The position numbers were made by a program, and so were the translations under genes. From NCBI GenBank assembly GCA_900088475.1, contig FLMG01000940.1, positions 1-55,366 on the forward strand: a stretch of DNA of 55,366 bases. Reading direction: 5' to 3'. Source of the DNA: Hyphochytrium catenoides. Taxonomy: Eukaryota; Protista; Hyphochytriomycota. Under the pieces are notes generated by a model. The model was not told the DNA's origin. It searched no databases and worked only from the letters and a program-made list of their open reading frames with translations. Positions 45,188 to 55,366 of the stretch are shown one piece after another (within the stretch, counting starts at the first letter, position 1; every line of letters begins with the position of its first letter).

Positions 45188-45619
45188 GGCAATCGGGCAA
45201 AAGAGGCACCAAGCCACTGTATCATGAGAAAGAGATCGACGTGGCAAGGGAGCAGGAACGAAGACGAAAGCGTCGAGATAAAGCAATCGGCCCGCTGTGG
45301 CTGTGCGTGGCAGAAAGCTCTGAAGGCTGCAGGGGGACAGCTAGCGCGGGTGCAGCGCTGCTTTTGTCCGTTTGGAAGGTAGGAGGAAGGTTTGATAATG
45401 AAGAGCTCACGCCTACGACCTTTCCTGCTTGTCCCATAGTCTGGTTCTTCTCCCATCTTCCCTACCTTCTCCTTTCCCTTCTCTTTGTACACAGCGTCTG
45501 CGTCCTCTACTCCTTTCTCTTCCGAGAGTGGGGAGGACATCCTCCTGCTTCTCTGGTGTGGTGCTCTAGAGATGTGACTATGGAAGCAGGAGGCCGATGG
45601 CGCAACTCTACCTCTCTCC

Positions 45620-45819
45620 TTTGCGATCTCCTCTTCTCTCTTCCTCTCTTCTTTCTCTCTTTTTTCATGTCTCTGCTCTCCTCTCTCGCTCCATCTCCTC
45701 TCTCCCTCTCCCTCTCTCCCTCTCCCTCTCTCTCTGTCTCTCCGTGTTTCTCTCTCGCTCTCCCTGTTTCTCTCTCTCTGTCCCTGCCTCTCTCCCTCTC
45801 TCCCTCTCTTTCTCTCTCT

Positions 45820-45893
<74 letters not shown>

Positions 45894-45905
45894 TCTGTTT
45901 TCTCT
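45620..45905. repeat. (CT)n-rich tract upstream of the secreted-protein gene
   Basis: Directly visible. Confidence 0.9.
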
Positions 45906-46699
45906 TCGTCCTCCCCTTGCTCTGGCCGGGTCCATCACATCATCATTCTGAGAGATTTATTACTCAAAATAGACAGATGATTAGAGAGATGCAATAGGGA
46001 AGCCTAAACGAAGTGAATCCTGGTGATTGTCGCGATATAAATGTCGAGTCAGAGCGTGTAAGAGATATACAAGCCCAGCGGAGAAAGACAGAGTGGGCAG
46101 AAGACAGGCAAAAAGAAAGGGCCATGCACACCAAAAGAGGTTTCTAATTCTTAGGCCTAAGTCTAAAAGAAAGATGTTGAGGATGTCAGAGGTATCGCCA
46201 GGAAGTATAGCTCTATGATATTTTGCCAAGACAGAGTAGAGCCCAGTAGTGTGTTTGGAACAGACCACTAGACGTGAATGTGCCCAGTGCGTACAACCAG
46301 AATTCAAAGAATTCTCCCATCAAAAGACAGGCTGGCTTAGGTTAGAACCCATCACACCTTCGAATTTCCTAAACTAGCTATGTAAAGAATGGATTGTTTA
46401 GGATAGGTTTTGGTCCACTTATTATCATGCAACTCCCGAGAAACAGTTATTTATCCTAGGGAATATATGTAGAAGGGCAGAGTGGTCTAGACGGTTGATG
46501 TCTTCCCTGTTATTACCTTAGCAGGTTTAGGATTGAGCTAGACTTTGTCCCTTTCGCACCGACCAGAAATGGTGATGATTTGTAACAGCTGTATTATTCC
46601 ATGACACAGCAACACAACAGCTAACACAACCACCACCTCCTTCCTATCACTTTCTATGTCGTTGCCTAGTAATGCTCTCTCTTCTTCTTCTCCCTCTTT

Positions 46700-46930
46700 C
46701 TCTCTCTCTCTCCTCCCCTCTCTCTCTGTCTCTCTTTTTCTTTCTTTCTCCCCCTCTCTCTTTTACTCTCTCTCTCTCTCTCTCCTCCCTTCTCTCTCTG
46801 TCTCTCTTTACTTTCTTCTCCCTCTCTCTTTTACTCTCTCTCTCTCTCTCTCCTCCCCTCTCTCTCTGTCTCTCTTTTACTTTCTTTGTCCCTCTCTCTC
46901 TTTTTACTCTCTCTCTTTTATTTACTCTCT
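46700..46930. repeat. Pyrimidine minisatellite, about 70-nt unit, 3 copies
   Basis: tcctccc(c/t)tctctctctgtctctc...ttttactctc recurs near 46711, 46783 and 46851. Confidence 0.8.
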
Positions 46931-48156
46931 CTCTCTCTCTCTCTCGTTTTCTCTCGCGCTGCTCTACACGCTCTCTCCACTCGCGTTTCTCTCTTTATTT
47001 CCTCTCCTCTTGCGGCTTTTGCTCTCCTGAAGAGACTCTTGCTCGTCCCCTTCCGAGTCGTCTCTCCCTCTGCGTCTCTTCCCTCTCCTGTCCCGTTCCA
47101 GTCACTTCCTTGCAAGTCTTTCATCGTCATCTGGCGGCGACCCTCCTCGGCATTACATTTCAACATTTCTACCTCCTCCGATCCTAGGCCCACGNNNNNN
47201 NNNNNNNNNNNNNNNNNNNNNNNNNNNNNNNNNNNNNNNNNNNNNNNNNNNNNNNNNNNNNNNNGAGAGGCTGCGTGACTGGACTCAAAGGCTCCCGTTT
47301 GTGGTGATGATAAGAACTCTTAGCTTGTAAGAGAAGTAGAGCACAGCTGGATTGAGGCTTGCGATCACGGAGGGACGGTATATGAAAGAGAGAGAGAGGG
47401 AGAGAGGAGAGGGAGAGAGAGAGAGAAAAAGAGAGACACAGAGCTAGTAGAGAGCGATGCGGTACTCTCTATATGGTCGACTCTAAGGCCCAACAGCCAG
47501 AGCTTTCTGGTGCAAGAGATCCATTACCAGTCCCAGCTGGCACACTTCACAGCTCAAGGGAGAATTGAGCTCTGAGCAAGTCTTCGGAAGGATGAGACCG
47601 AGCTGGTTGACTCAACAACAAGGAAGGATTATGAGGCGACTTTGGTCTAATAAAGCCCTTAATGGGGCGGTTGCATTCAATCAAGATGAGAGGAGAGAGA
47701 CCTGCAAGAACGGCACAAAGATAGTGAAATATGAGAAAGACAGAGTGAGAGAGAGGGAGAGGGAGAGAGAGTGAGAGAGAGAGAGAAGGTAGAAAGATAA
47801 GATCCTGATGGAACGGAAGCTCCAGAGTTCACTTTGTATCCATAAACTCATTGTGAGTGACAGAAATTCTTAATAGAGAAGATGAACGCCTGAGATGGAG
47901 ACTGACGTACAAAATGCCGACTTTCAGTGCTTATCTTTCCCACTTGAGCATTCTCCTTCTCTTTCTCTCTCTCTCTCTCTCTCTTTCTTCCATTGTGTCA
48001 TCAGAAAACCAGCATATTGTCAAAAGGTGACTATGAATTTCACTGCTCTTCCTTTCATTGCAATGCCAGCACTTCCCTCTGGCTGTGCTGGTTAGACGGT
48101 TTATATATTGTCTCTTATCGTACATGGAGAGAGAAAGAGAGCGTAGCTCGGGCACA

Positions 48157-50016
48157 CTAGGGAGCTGCAGTATCACTGTCAAGAGACGGCCTAGCAGAAG
48201 ACAGAGGGCTTGTAGAAGAGAGAACATCGTTCTCCTGCCCTTCTCTCCCTCCTCCCCCTATTCCTCTTCCAGTTCCTCCGCCTTCTGTGCTGAACCTTTT
48301 ACTCTGGTACTTGTGCAGGAGGTCATCAAGGTTCATGGAAGGCTCTTTCTCTCTTAAGGCCGCACCATTTCTTCCCGTTTTTGTCTTTAACGAGGCCCAT
48401 TTCCGAGTCTTTACAGAGGAAGAAGACAAGACTCGTGTCTTCCGGTCATCAGCCTGGGGCACGAAGTGGAGAAGGAGGATCAGGTGATGCGTAGGAGCAG
48501 TAGGAAACATAGAGAAAGGAGGTAGTGTGGTACGAAGAAGAGAGAGAATGAAAGCATGAAATACAGCGAGTAGGGAATAAAGAGACAGAGAAAGTAGAGA
48601 CAGAGAGATGGAGACAGGCAGAAAGCGAGCTAAATGGAGAGAGACAGCTAACCGAGGCGACAGACCAAGAGGTTGAGAGTTCGGTAAAGAGGAGCATAAA
48701 GACAGACAATTGACGGAAAGAGCATGGCAGTGGCCCAACAGAAACAGCGACTGGATTCCAGGTTGAAGACTGATTTTTCGTTAAGAAGACGAATAGCACA
48801 TTACCTGCTTGTGCCACTCCTCAATCTTGTCTTCCAATGTCTTGAGCAGTGTGTCTCTCTCTCTCTCAGTCTTGCACCACATCTGATAGCGGTCGACAGT
48901 AGCAGCTAGACCCTTCCTGCTGCTAACCGTTCCTGCCACAAGGAGAGCGAGAGGAAAGCCGTCTGCTTCTCCTTTCTCTTTCATTCCAGATGGCATGGAG
49001 GATGGAGAGGAGGCAGGGAGCGATGACGATGAAATGACCTTGAGGTCCTTGAGATTCCAGCGGAATTTTAAGTGCAAGGTTCCCGACTGCTGATACTGAG
49101 AGGGATCGAGGAGTTAAGAGGCACAGAGAAGAAAGATTGACGAATTGTGCGAGAAGAGAGAGAGACAAGGAGATGGATAAGGGTGAGAGAGAAGAGAGAA
49201 AGCGAGGGATGAAGAGGAGTGAGACAGACTAACAGAACTTGAGGTGAGAAGAAAGAGGAGAGAGACAGAGACAGAGAGAGGGAGAGAGAGAGAGAGAAAG
49301 GGTGCTTCACCAGCTTCCACACATCAAGGGGCAGTCTGAAAGTCAAGACAAACTAGAGGTAAGAGGCTCTGTGCCAGGTGGTACAAGAAGCAAAATTGTA
49401 TGACGGTTCAACGTGTTTAAGGCCGTCGCCATATCTCTCGCCTTCGTGGACATCATGTTTCATCTCTTACCTTCTTGAAGCCAGTATTGGGCCTGCCGAG
49501 GAGGAAGAGGTCAGAGAAGAGGAAGAAGTGATACTCTTTCCTCCCTGAGCTCTGGCTCTTCATGTCTACCATTCCTTCCAAGCAGAAGGAGCGAGCAGGG
49601 TCGACCAGGTCGCCCACCTCGCCGGAGAACTTCATAAATATCTCATACACTTTATTCTGGCTCGCAGCTTTCTGCATCTTCTCATTCACTTGGTTGGCTA
49701 ATGGACGACGAGAAGACAGAGTTAAGGATCCAACTTAGAGATAGGGAGACGCAAAGAGAAGGAGTAGCTCCAAGATAGGCAGAAGATAATAGATGAAGCC
49801 TCAGCCGTGGGCTGGGGAACCGCAGGAGCAATTGGAGAGAGATGGTTTATGCGTCCTCCAAGGAAAGAGAGAGACGGCAAAAGGGAATGCTCCCAAGTCA
49901 TTAGCGAGGCAACTTTTAGAAAGCCATGTAAGCAAACTGGACAAGATATATGTACAGTGGAGACTCAAAAAGGCTGAGCCCATGGTCGAAAAAAAAGGGC
50001 CGAGGAGAGGAAGAGA

Positions 50017-50079
<63 letters not shown>

Positions 50080-53000
50080 GAGAGAGAGAGGAGAGAGAGA
50101 AAGGAACAATGGCGGAGACAAGATGGGATAATTATCGACGTAAAGAGAGCTCTGCTGGCACAAAGGAAGATCATGCGAGAAAGAAAGAGAGTGAGAGCTC
50201 ACGAACCAATGTTCTGGAGTTCATTGAAAGTTTTCGATAACTGCTGATAATAGTCTTGTCGTGCATCCGCATGCTTCAGCAGCTCCTTGAAGAATAGTGG
50301 ATACTTGCATATTCTAGGAGCCGAGGTTGATGAGAGATGGACTTTCTCTCTATCTCTCTCTATCTTCAGTACATCTTCCACCCACCCGTTTTCTTTCTCT
50401 CATTTTCTCTCGTTACTTCTCTCTCCTTGTGCTTCCGGTTCTGTGTCTCTCTTGCTCTGTCTCTCTGTCTTTGTGTCCCCTGGCCTTTGCCTCTCTCTTC
50501 CTCTCCGTCTCGGTATCGCTCTCTCTCTCTCCGTTTAATTCTTGATTTGCTGCCTTCTCACCTCTGCACCGGTTTGATAAGGAAAGAAGCGAGGTCAAGA
50601 CCCTTCGAGAATTCCTCTCCTCTTCTCCTTTGAAGCAGCTCCTCAAAGGCTTCGTTTGACTTCCTCCACTGGTCGCACACAGCCAATGCGTTATGATAGT
50701 TGTTGCAGTACTACAGGGTACGTAGACAGGGAAAGAGATTGATTAAGCGTGAGCAGAACAAGGGTGCGAGAGTGAGAGAAAGCGAGTGTGTGAGAGTGGG
50801 AGCTGGAGAGAAACAGAGAAGAGAGAGGGAGAGAGAGAGAAGGAAAAAAAGAAAGAGAGAGAGAAAGAGAGTGAGAAAGGGAGAGGCCAAGCTGACAAAT
50901 GGAAGCAGGATGGCGAGTGATAGGAAGTGCCGGCCAGGGCAAGAAAAATGGAGCACAAGGACTTGACTAGGAAGTCCATCTCTCTCTCCCCTCTCTCTCT
51001 CCTCCCTCTGCCTTCCCCTGTCTGTTTCTCTCTCCTATCCCGTCTCTCTCCTGAACTCCAGCTAACTTCTATTATATTTTCCCTCATTCCAAAGGCAGTT
51101 CTGAACCCTTGCCCTCGATAGCTCTTACCACGGAGTAGGCCAGAAAGTATGGCATCACGTTTTCAAAGGCCTGAGCGTAGACCTTTGGCAAGTCTTTGTT
51201 TGATGCCTGAGCCTCCTCCAGATCCATAAGCAGCTAAAGGCAGTGATCACATGAGAAGGGAAGAGGACAGAAAAGAAGAGAAAAGAGAGGGAAAGCATGC
51301 GTCAACATAGATACACGAAGACGCGCAGAGGAGCAACCTCCCATATCGCTTAGATGAGGAAGAATCTGGGACTAGATAAGACAGAAGACACAAAGATACA
51401 AGGTACAAGCGGGAGAGACTGGAAGGCTTGACAGGATTATGTTAGGCATCAACAAGGAAGAGCAAAGGCAGCTCTGCGAGAAGGAGGCAGAGACATTGCA
51501 GTTAGCAAGAGTGGCAGTAGAAGAGAAGAGCACTAAGAGTAAAGCCTGGAGACCATGGCTTCTGACCGTTCTATTGATCATAATAAGTTCCTCGATGTTT
51601 GAGAAAATAGCATTCAGCTTCTCCGGAGTGATGTCTGCAGCCTGATACTCTGACTCTTTCAACCTTAGGAGGGAGACGTGGATAAGTCTAGAATGTGAGG
51701 GCTGCGAGGGAGATATATATGTATAGCCGCAACAGAGACGACGGGGCTGATTATGAAGAGTAAGAAGAGGAGACAGAGACAGCGAGAGAGAGAGAAAAAG
51801 CGAGAGAGAGAAAGCGCGAGAGCGAGAGAGAGAAAGCGCGAGAGCGAGAGAGAAAGAGAGAAAGAGAGAGAGAGAGAGAGNNNNNNNNNNNNNNNNNNNN
51901 NNNNNNNNNNNNNNNNNNNNNNNNNNTGAAGAAATGGTAATAACGCTGGCAAAGAATTTGCAGGTCCTGCACATAGTTTCTCTCTGTCTGCAGTATCTCT
52001 AAATAGACCATTGTCTCCTGCATCTTCATCACCTCTCTGGCTTCTTTCTCACAGGACATTGAGAGGGAGCGGCCCTTGCCTGACGGGGCAGGAGAGGCAG
52101 AGGAAGAAGAGACAACGTGTCGCTCTGAAGCAGACGTCTCTAATCTGATGTTGCTCTTTGCGCTCTCTGGCTGCATAGCTAAGATGAAACAAAGGAGGAC
52201 GTTAGGGAGCTGCTCGCTAGAGGAGGAAGAAATGGAGAGATAGGCAGGAGAGAGACAGTAAAAAGGCGCCGACAGAGCATCCTGGCAGAGAGAAACGGAA
52301 AGAAGGAGAGAGTAAAGAGACGCATAACACGAGCGGCAAACGAGAGAAAAGTGAAAGAGAGAGAACGAAAATGTGGATGCGGATGGTAGAAAAAAGATGC
52401 CTGTTCCTACCTTCTTCCCTCGTACTGCCTCCACTCTCATGAGGCTTCTTCTCTACTTCTCTCCACCCTTCACGTTGACTGAACTGGTTGTTGTCTCCTC
52501 TTGAGCCATGTGGAGGACTCCGATAAGCAGTGGCGAGCGTACATCGTCTCCCTCCTTCGGCAGCCTTAAGGAGCGCGCAGTCTAGCGAAGGAGAATGGCA
52601 GTCTCTTTCCTCTTCAGGAGTTGCTGGGTTCTCGTCTCTCTCTCCCTCCTCTCTCCCTCCATCCGTGTCTTTCTTCGTCTTGAGAAGAGAGAGAACCGGA
52701 GGCGGAGAGAGATGGTGAGCTGCGTTTTTGCTCCTGATCCTCTGCAAGAGAATATCATTCTTAGTAGGACGCGGCTTCCCTGGAGGAAGAGGCTTTGTGA
52801 ACCTCAGTGAAGTTCCTGATGGAGGAGAATGAATGAGAGAGGAGGGAGAGACAGGGCCCCGAGCGTGAATATCCACTTTCTCCTCTTCCTTCACATCTTT
52901 CAAAGAGACCAAGAAGACTCTCTCCTCTCCCGACGGGAAGGTAGGCATTTGCCCCTTCTTCCTCTCCGTCAAGTTGTCATTCTCTCTCTCTCTCTCGCTC

Positions 53001-53137
53001 TCCAGCTGGTTGTTGGTCTCTGGCGTCTCCTGGGCAATAGAGTCTTTCAGGCCACGGATGATGGAGAAGTCCACAGTGCGGGAGAGACGGCCGTAGAAGT
53101 TTGACTTTTTCCTTTCTGCGGCCCCTTCCGCCTCCAT
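48157..53137 (-). CDS. Dbl-family Rho guanine-nucleotide exchange factor (DH-PH), about 9 coding exons
   Basis: DH motifs YLEILQTERNYVQDL, IFSNIEEL, YSV|YCNNY, LDLASFLIKPVQR|ICKYPLFFKELLK and NQVNE, followed by PH motifs YHFFLFSDLFLL and ERDTLLKTL. The N-terminus is disordered. One donor is hidden by an N gap. The start (MEAEG) and stop are tentative. Confidence 0.9.
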
Positions 53138-53619
53138 GATTCCTTCTCCCTCCTGGCAACTCTCTTTCTCTCGTCTTTGCAATCTCCTCTCTACCTTTTG
53201 GCCTCGTTGACTATCAGCGTAGCGCTCGCTCCTCGGACTACTGACAGCTTCGAAGAGAGAGAGAAGGCAAAAGGAAAAAAATCACCAGGAAGGAAGGCTA
53301 CGAAGAGACGGCAAGGAAGCTCACAGAGACTGTCAGGTCCAGTTTGTTCCCCTTTTACCAGCAGTAGAGTAGTGGAGATGACAGTGAGCGGTAGAGAGAG
53401 ACAGAGAAAGAGACAGAGAGAAAAGAGAGAGGTTGAGAGAAGGAGAAATCACTGCTGCCGTCAAGCAGAAAGAGGAGGACAGATGAGAGGAGGAAGACCG
53501 CCAGGGCCGTGCCTCGCTCTTGTTAAGCAGCAGGCAGTCCCGTTCTCTTAGTCTTGCCGGTCCGTCTGCGGCTTTCTACTTTGATCATGCGGCGACATTG
53601 AGCATGCTATATCACTGTC

Positions 53620-54232
53620 ACTCTCTCTCTCTTTCTCTCTCTCTCTTTCTCTCTCTCTCTCTTTTCTCTCACTTCGCTGTGCGGTGCTAGACTAGCTCGC
53701 ATTATCACTTATAGATGCACGGAAGTCCACACCCTACATCCTGCTAGCATTTGGACCATTATGTACTTTGCGTCCTTTCTCTCTTTTGGTTTGCTGCTGC
53801 TTCCCCGCCTCACTCAGTCCATTCTCTTTGGCTCCCTCTCTCTCTCTCTCCTCATTCTCTTTTCCCTTCTGTCCTTTCTCATTGCCTCGAATTTTTTCCA
53901 CCTACTCTTTCCCTCTCCTTACCTCTTCCTAGCGCCCTATCTCATTCGATCGCTAGCACACAGGAAAGATGGGTTAGCACCCATTCGCTCTTCTCTTTCT
54001 GGCCTGTGTTACCCTCTCTCTTTTCCTTCATTCGGTCTTCTTCTTCTTCTCTCTCAAAGAGTCTCTCTCTCTCTCCTACTGTCTCTCTTTCTCTTCTACT
54101 ACTTCCTTTTCTCTTGCACCGACAGGTTCATATCTCTTGTTCTATATCTCTGTATAAGATCTTTGTTCTTCTCTCTGTCTATCTTTGTCTACTCTCCCCT
54201 CCCGTGTCTCTCTACCTCTACCTCTAGCACCT

Positions 54233-54273
<41 letters not shown>
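53620..54273. repeat. Long CT-rich low-complexity region upstream of the RhoGEF, ending in pure (CT)n
   Basis: Directly visible. Confidence 0.85.
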
Positions 54274-54276
<3 letters not shown>

Positions 54277-55366
54277 GCATCCATCACCTTTTTCCCTCTC
54301 TCTCCAGGCGTTGATCACCCTCCTTGTAACCGACTACAAATCGTAATGTTACAATTTAAGATCTCACAATCAGAGGACCCGTCTACGTATTGCCCCGTAA
54401 ATATACGAAAAATCCAGCAAAAGTACTAGCTCAAGAGAGAGAGAGAAAAGAGAAGAGAGAGAGAGAGAGAGAGAAGAGTCACAGATGTAAAGAGAAAGAA
54501 CTGGGAGAATGGCCGAAGCTCGCTAGCAAAGGAAGGATAAGGAAGAACGACCGTGCGCTTCTGCTAGAGGCTCTCCTGGCTTGTGATGATAGATACACGC
54601 AGAGGCAAGCAGAAAGTTAGCGCAGGATCAGAAGTCTTGCGGTTGGAGCATCTAGGAGAGGAAAGTCAAAGACTTGTAAGCCATTCCAGATGGCTGAGCC
54701 GCTGCGAAGAAGGACCCTTTGACCAGGACGTGCAAGAGAGATATTCAGAGACAAGTGGGTTTACCGAGGGACAGTGAAGAAAAAATCTTTGACCAGAACG
54801 TGCCAGAGAGAAACTCAGAATCAACTCGGAAGGAGCTCTATCGAGTGAGTTCAGGGCACTTGCAGGCCGCTGCCCTTGACCACAGTTCACGGCAGAGCGC
54901 GTAAGGCTGGCATGACGTTGTGCATCTGGCTCTATTTCTATAATAAGTTCATAAGTGCAATAAATAGGGGCGTTGATGCCCACTCTGTGCTCTAATTAGC
55001 CTCCTTTGAGGCCACTGCCAGCTATCCCCAATAATATTGTCTCTCTCTCTCTCTCCCCTCTTCTCAGAGGGGTTGCAGCCTGCAGAATATCCCGCACGTC
55101 GCTTGTTGGCCCATACTAGTACCTCTTCTCCGATGACAAACATACGGCGAAAACCTGTGGCATCCCTGACAGTCAAGGTCAGAAGCTAGAGGATGGAGCC
55201 GTCACACTTTAATACCGCTGTCCCTAAACCCCCACAAGAGGCGTTATCCAAAGGCTTTAAGACCGGTGGAGGACGTTTCGACCGCTTCGAGATCACGGAT
55301 GGCTGCCGGAAGATACTAGCACCCGCCGGGAAGAGGGATGATGCAGGAGGAAGCTTGGTCTGAGGT

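Noticed and set aside
45188-45286. 33-aa upstream extension of the 695-aa ORF
   Set aside because: It starts at a non-ATG codon. The ATG at 45187 begins a clean signal peptide.
54600-55366. Possible terminal exons of a further minus-strand gene (...DATGFRRMFVIGEE|SQMHNVMPALRALP*)
   Set aside because: The splice sites are plausible but there is no recognisable homology, so it cannot be supported from this window.

Overview
This is intron-rich eukaryotic DNA with GA/CT microsatellites and four N gaps. The six-frame ORF track is mostly intron and microsatellite noise, so I rebuilt genes by splicing exons by hand. Ten protein-coding genes are supported: a PH-domain protein (partial, -), CYB5D1 (+), a TBC Rab-GAP with an N-terminal F-box-like motif (-), a USP7/UBP12-13 deubiquitinase (-), LUC7 (+), a centrin-3/CDC31-like protein (-), a DHX57-like DExH helicase (+), beta-tubulin (-), an intronless secreted Reeler-like/Asn-Gln-rich protein (-) and a DH-PH RhoGEF (-). 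TAA, TAG and TGA all serve as stops, so the code is standard. CYB5D1 plus centrin suggests a flagellated organism, and the beta-tubulin looks stramenopile/SAR-like (inference only). The most unusual element is the 662-aa intronless secreted protein at 43199-45187. It has no glutamate, no usable N-glycosylation sequon, 16-aa Asn/Gly repeats conserved at the protein level, an Asn/Met heptad segment and a basic tail, which makes it a candidate self-assembling extracellular matrix or adhesive protein. Other points of note are the F-box/TBC fusion, GC-AG introns in LUC7 and the helicase, a K350T change in the tubulin colchicine site, and a flip in GA/CT strand polarity near gene starts. I recognised no rRNA, tRNA, CRISPR array or transposon.
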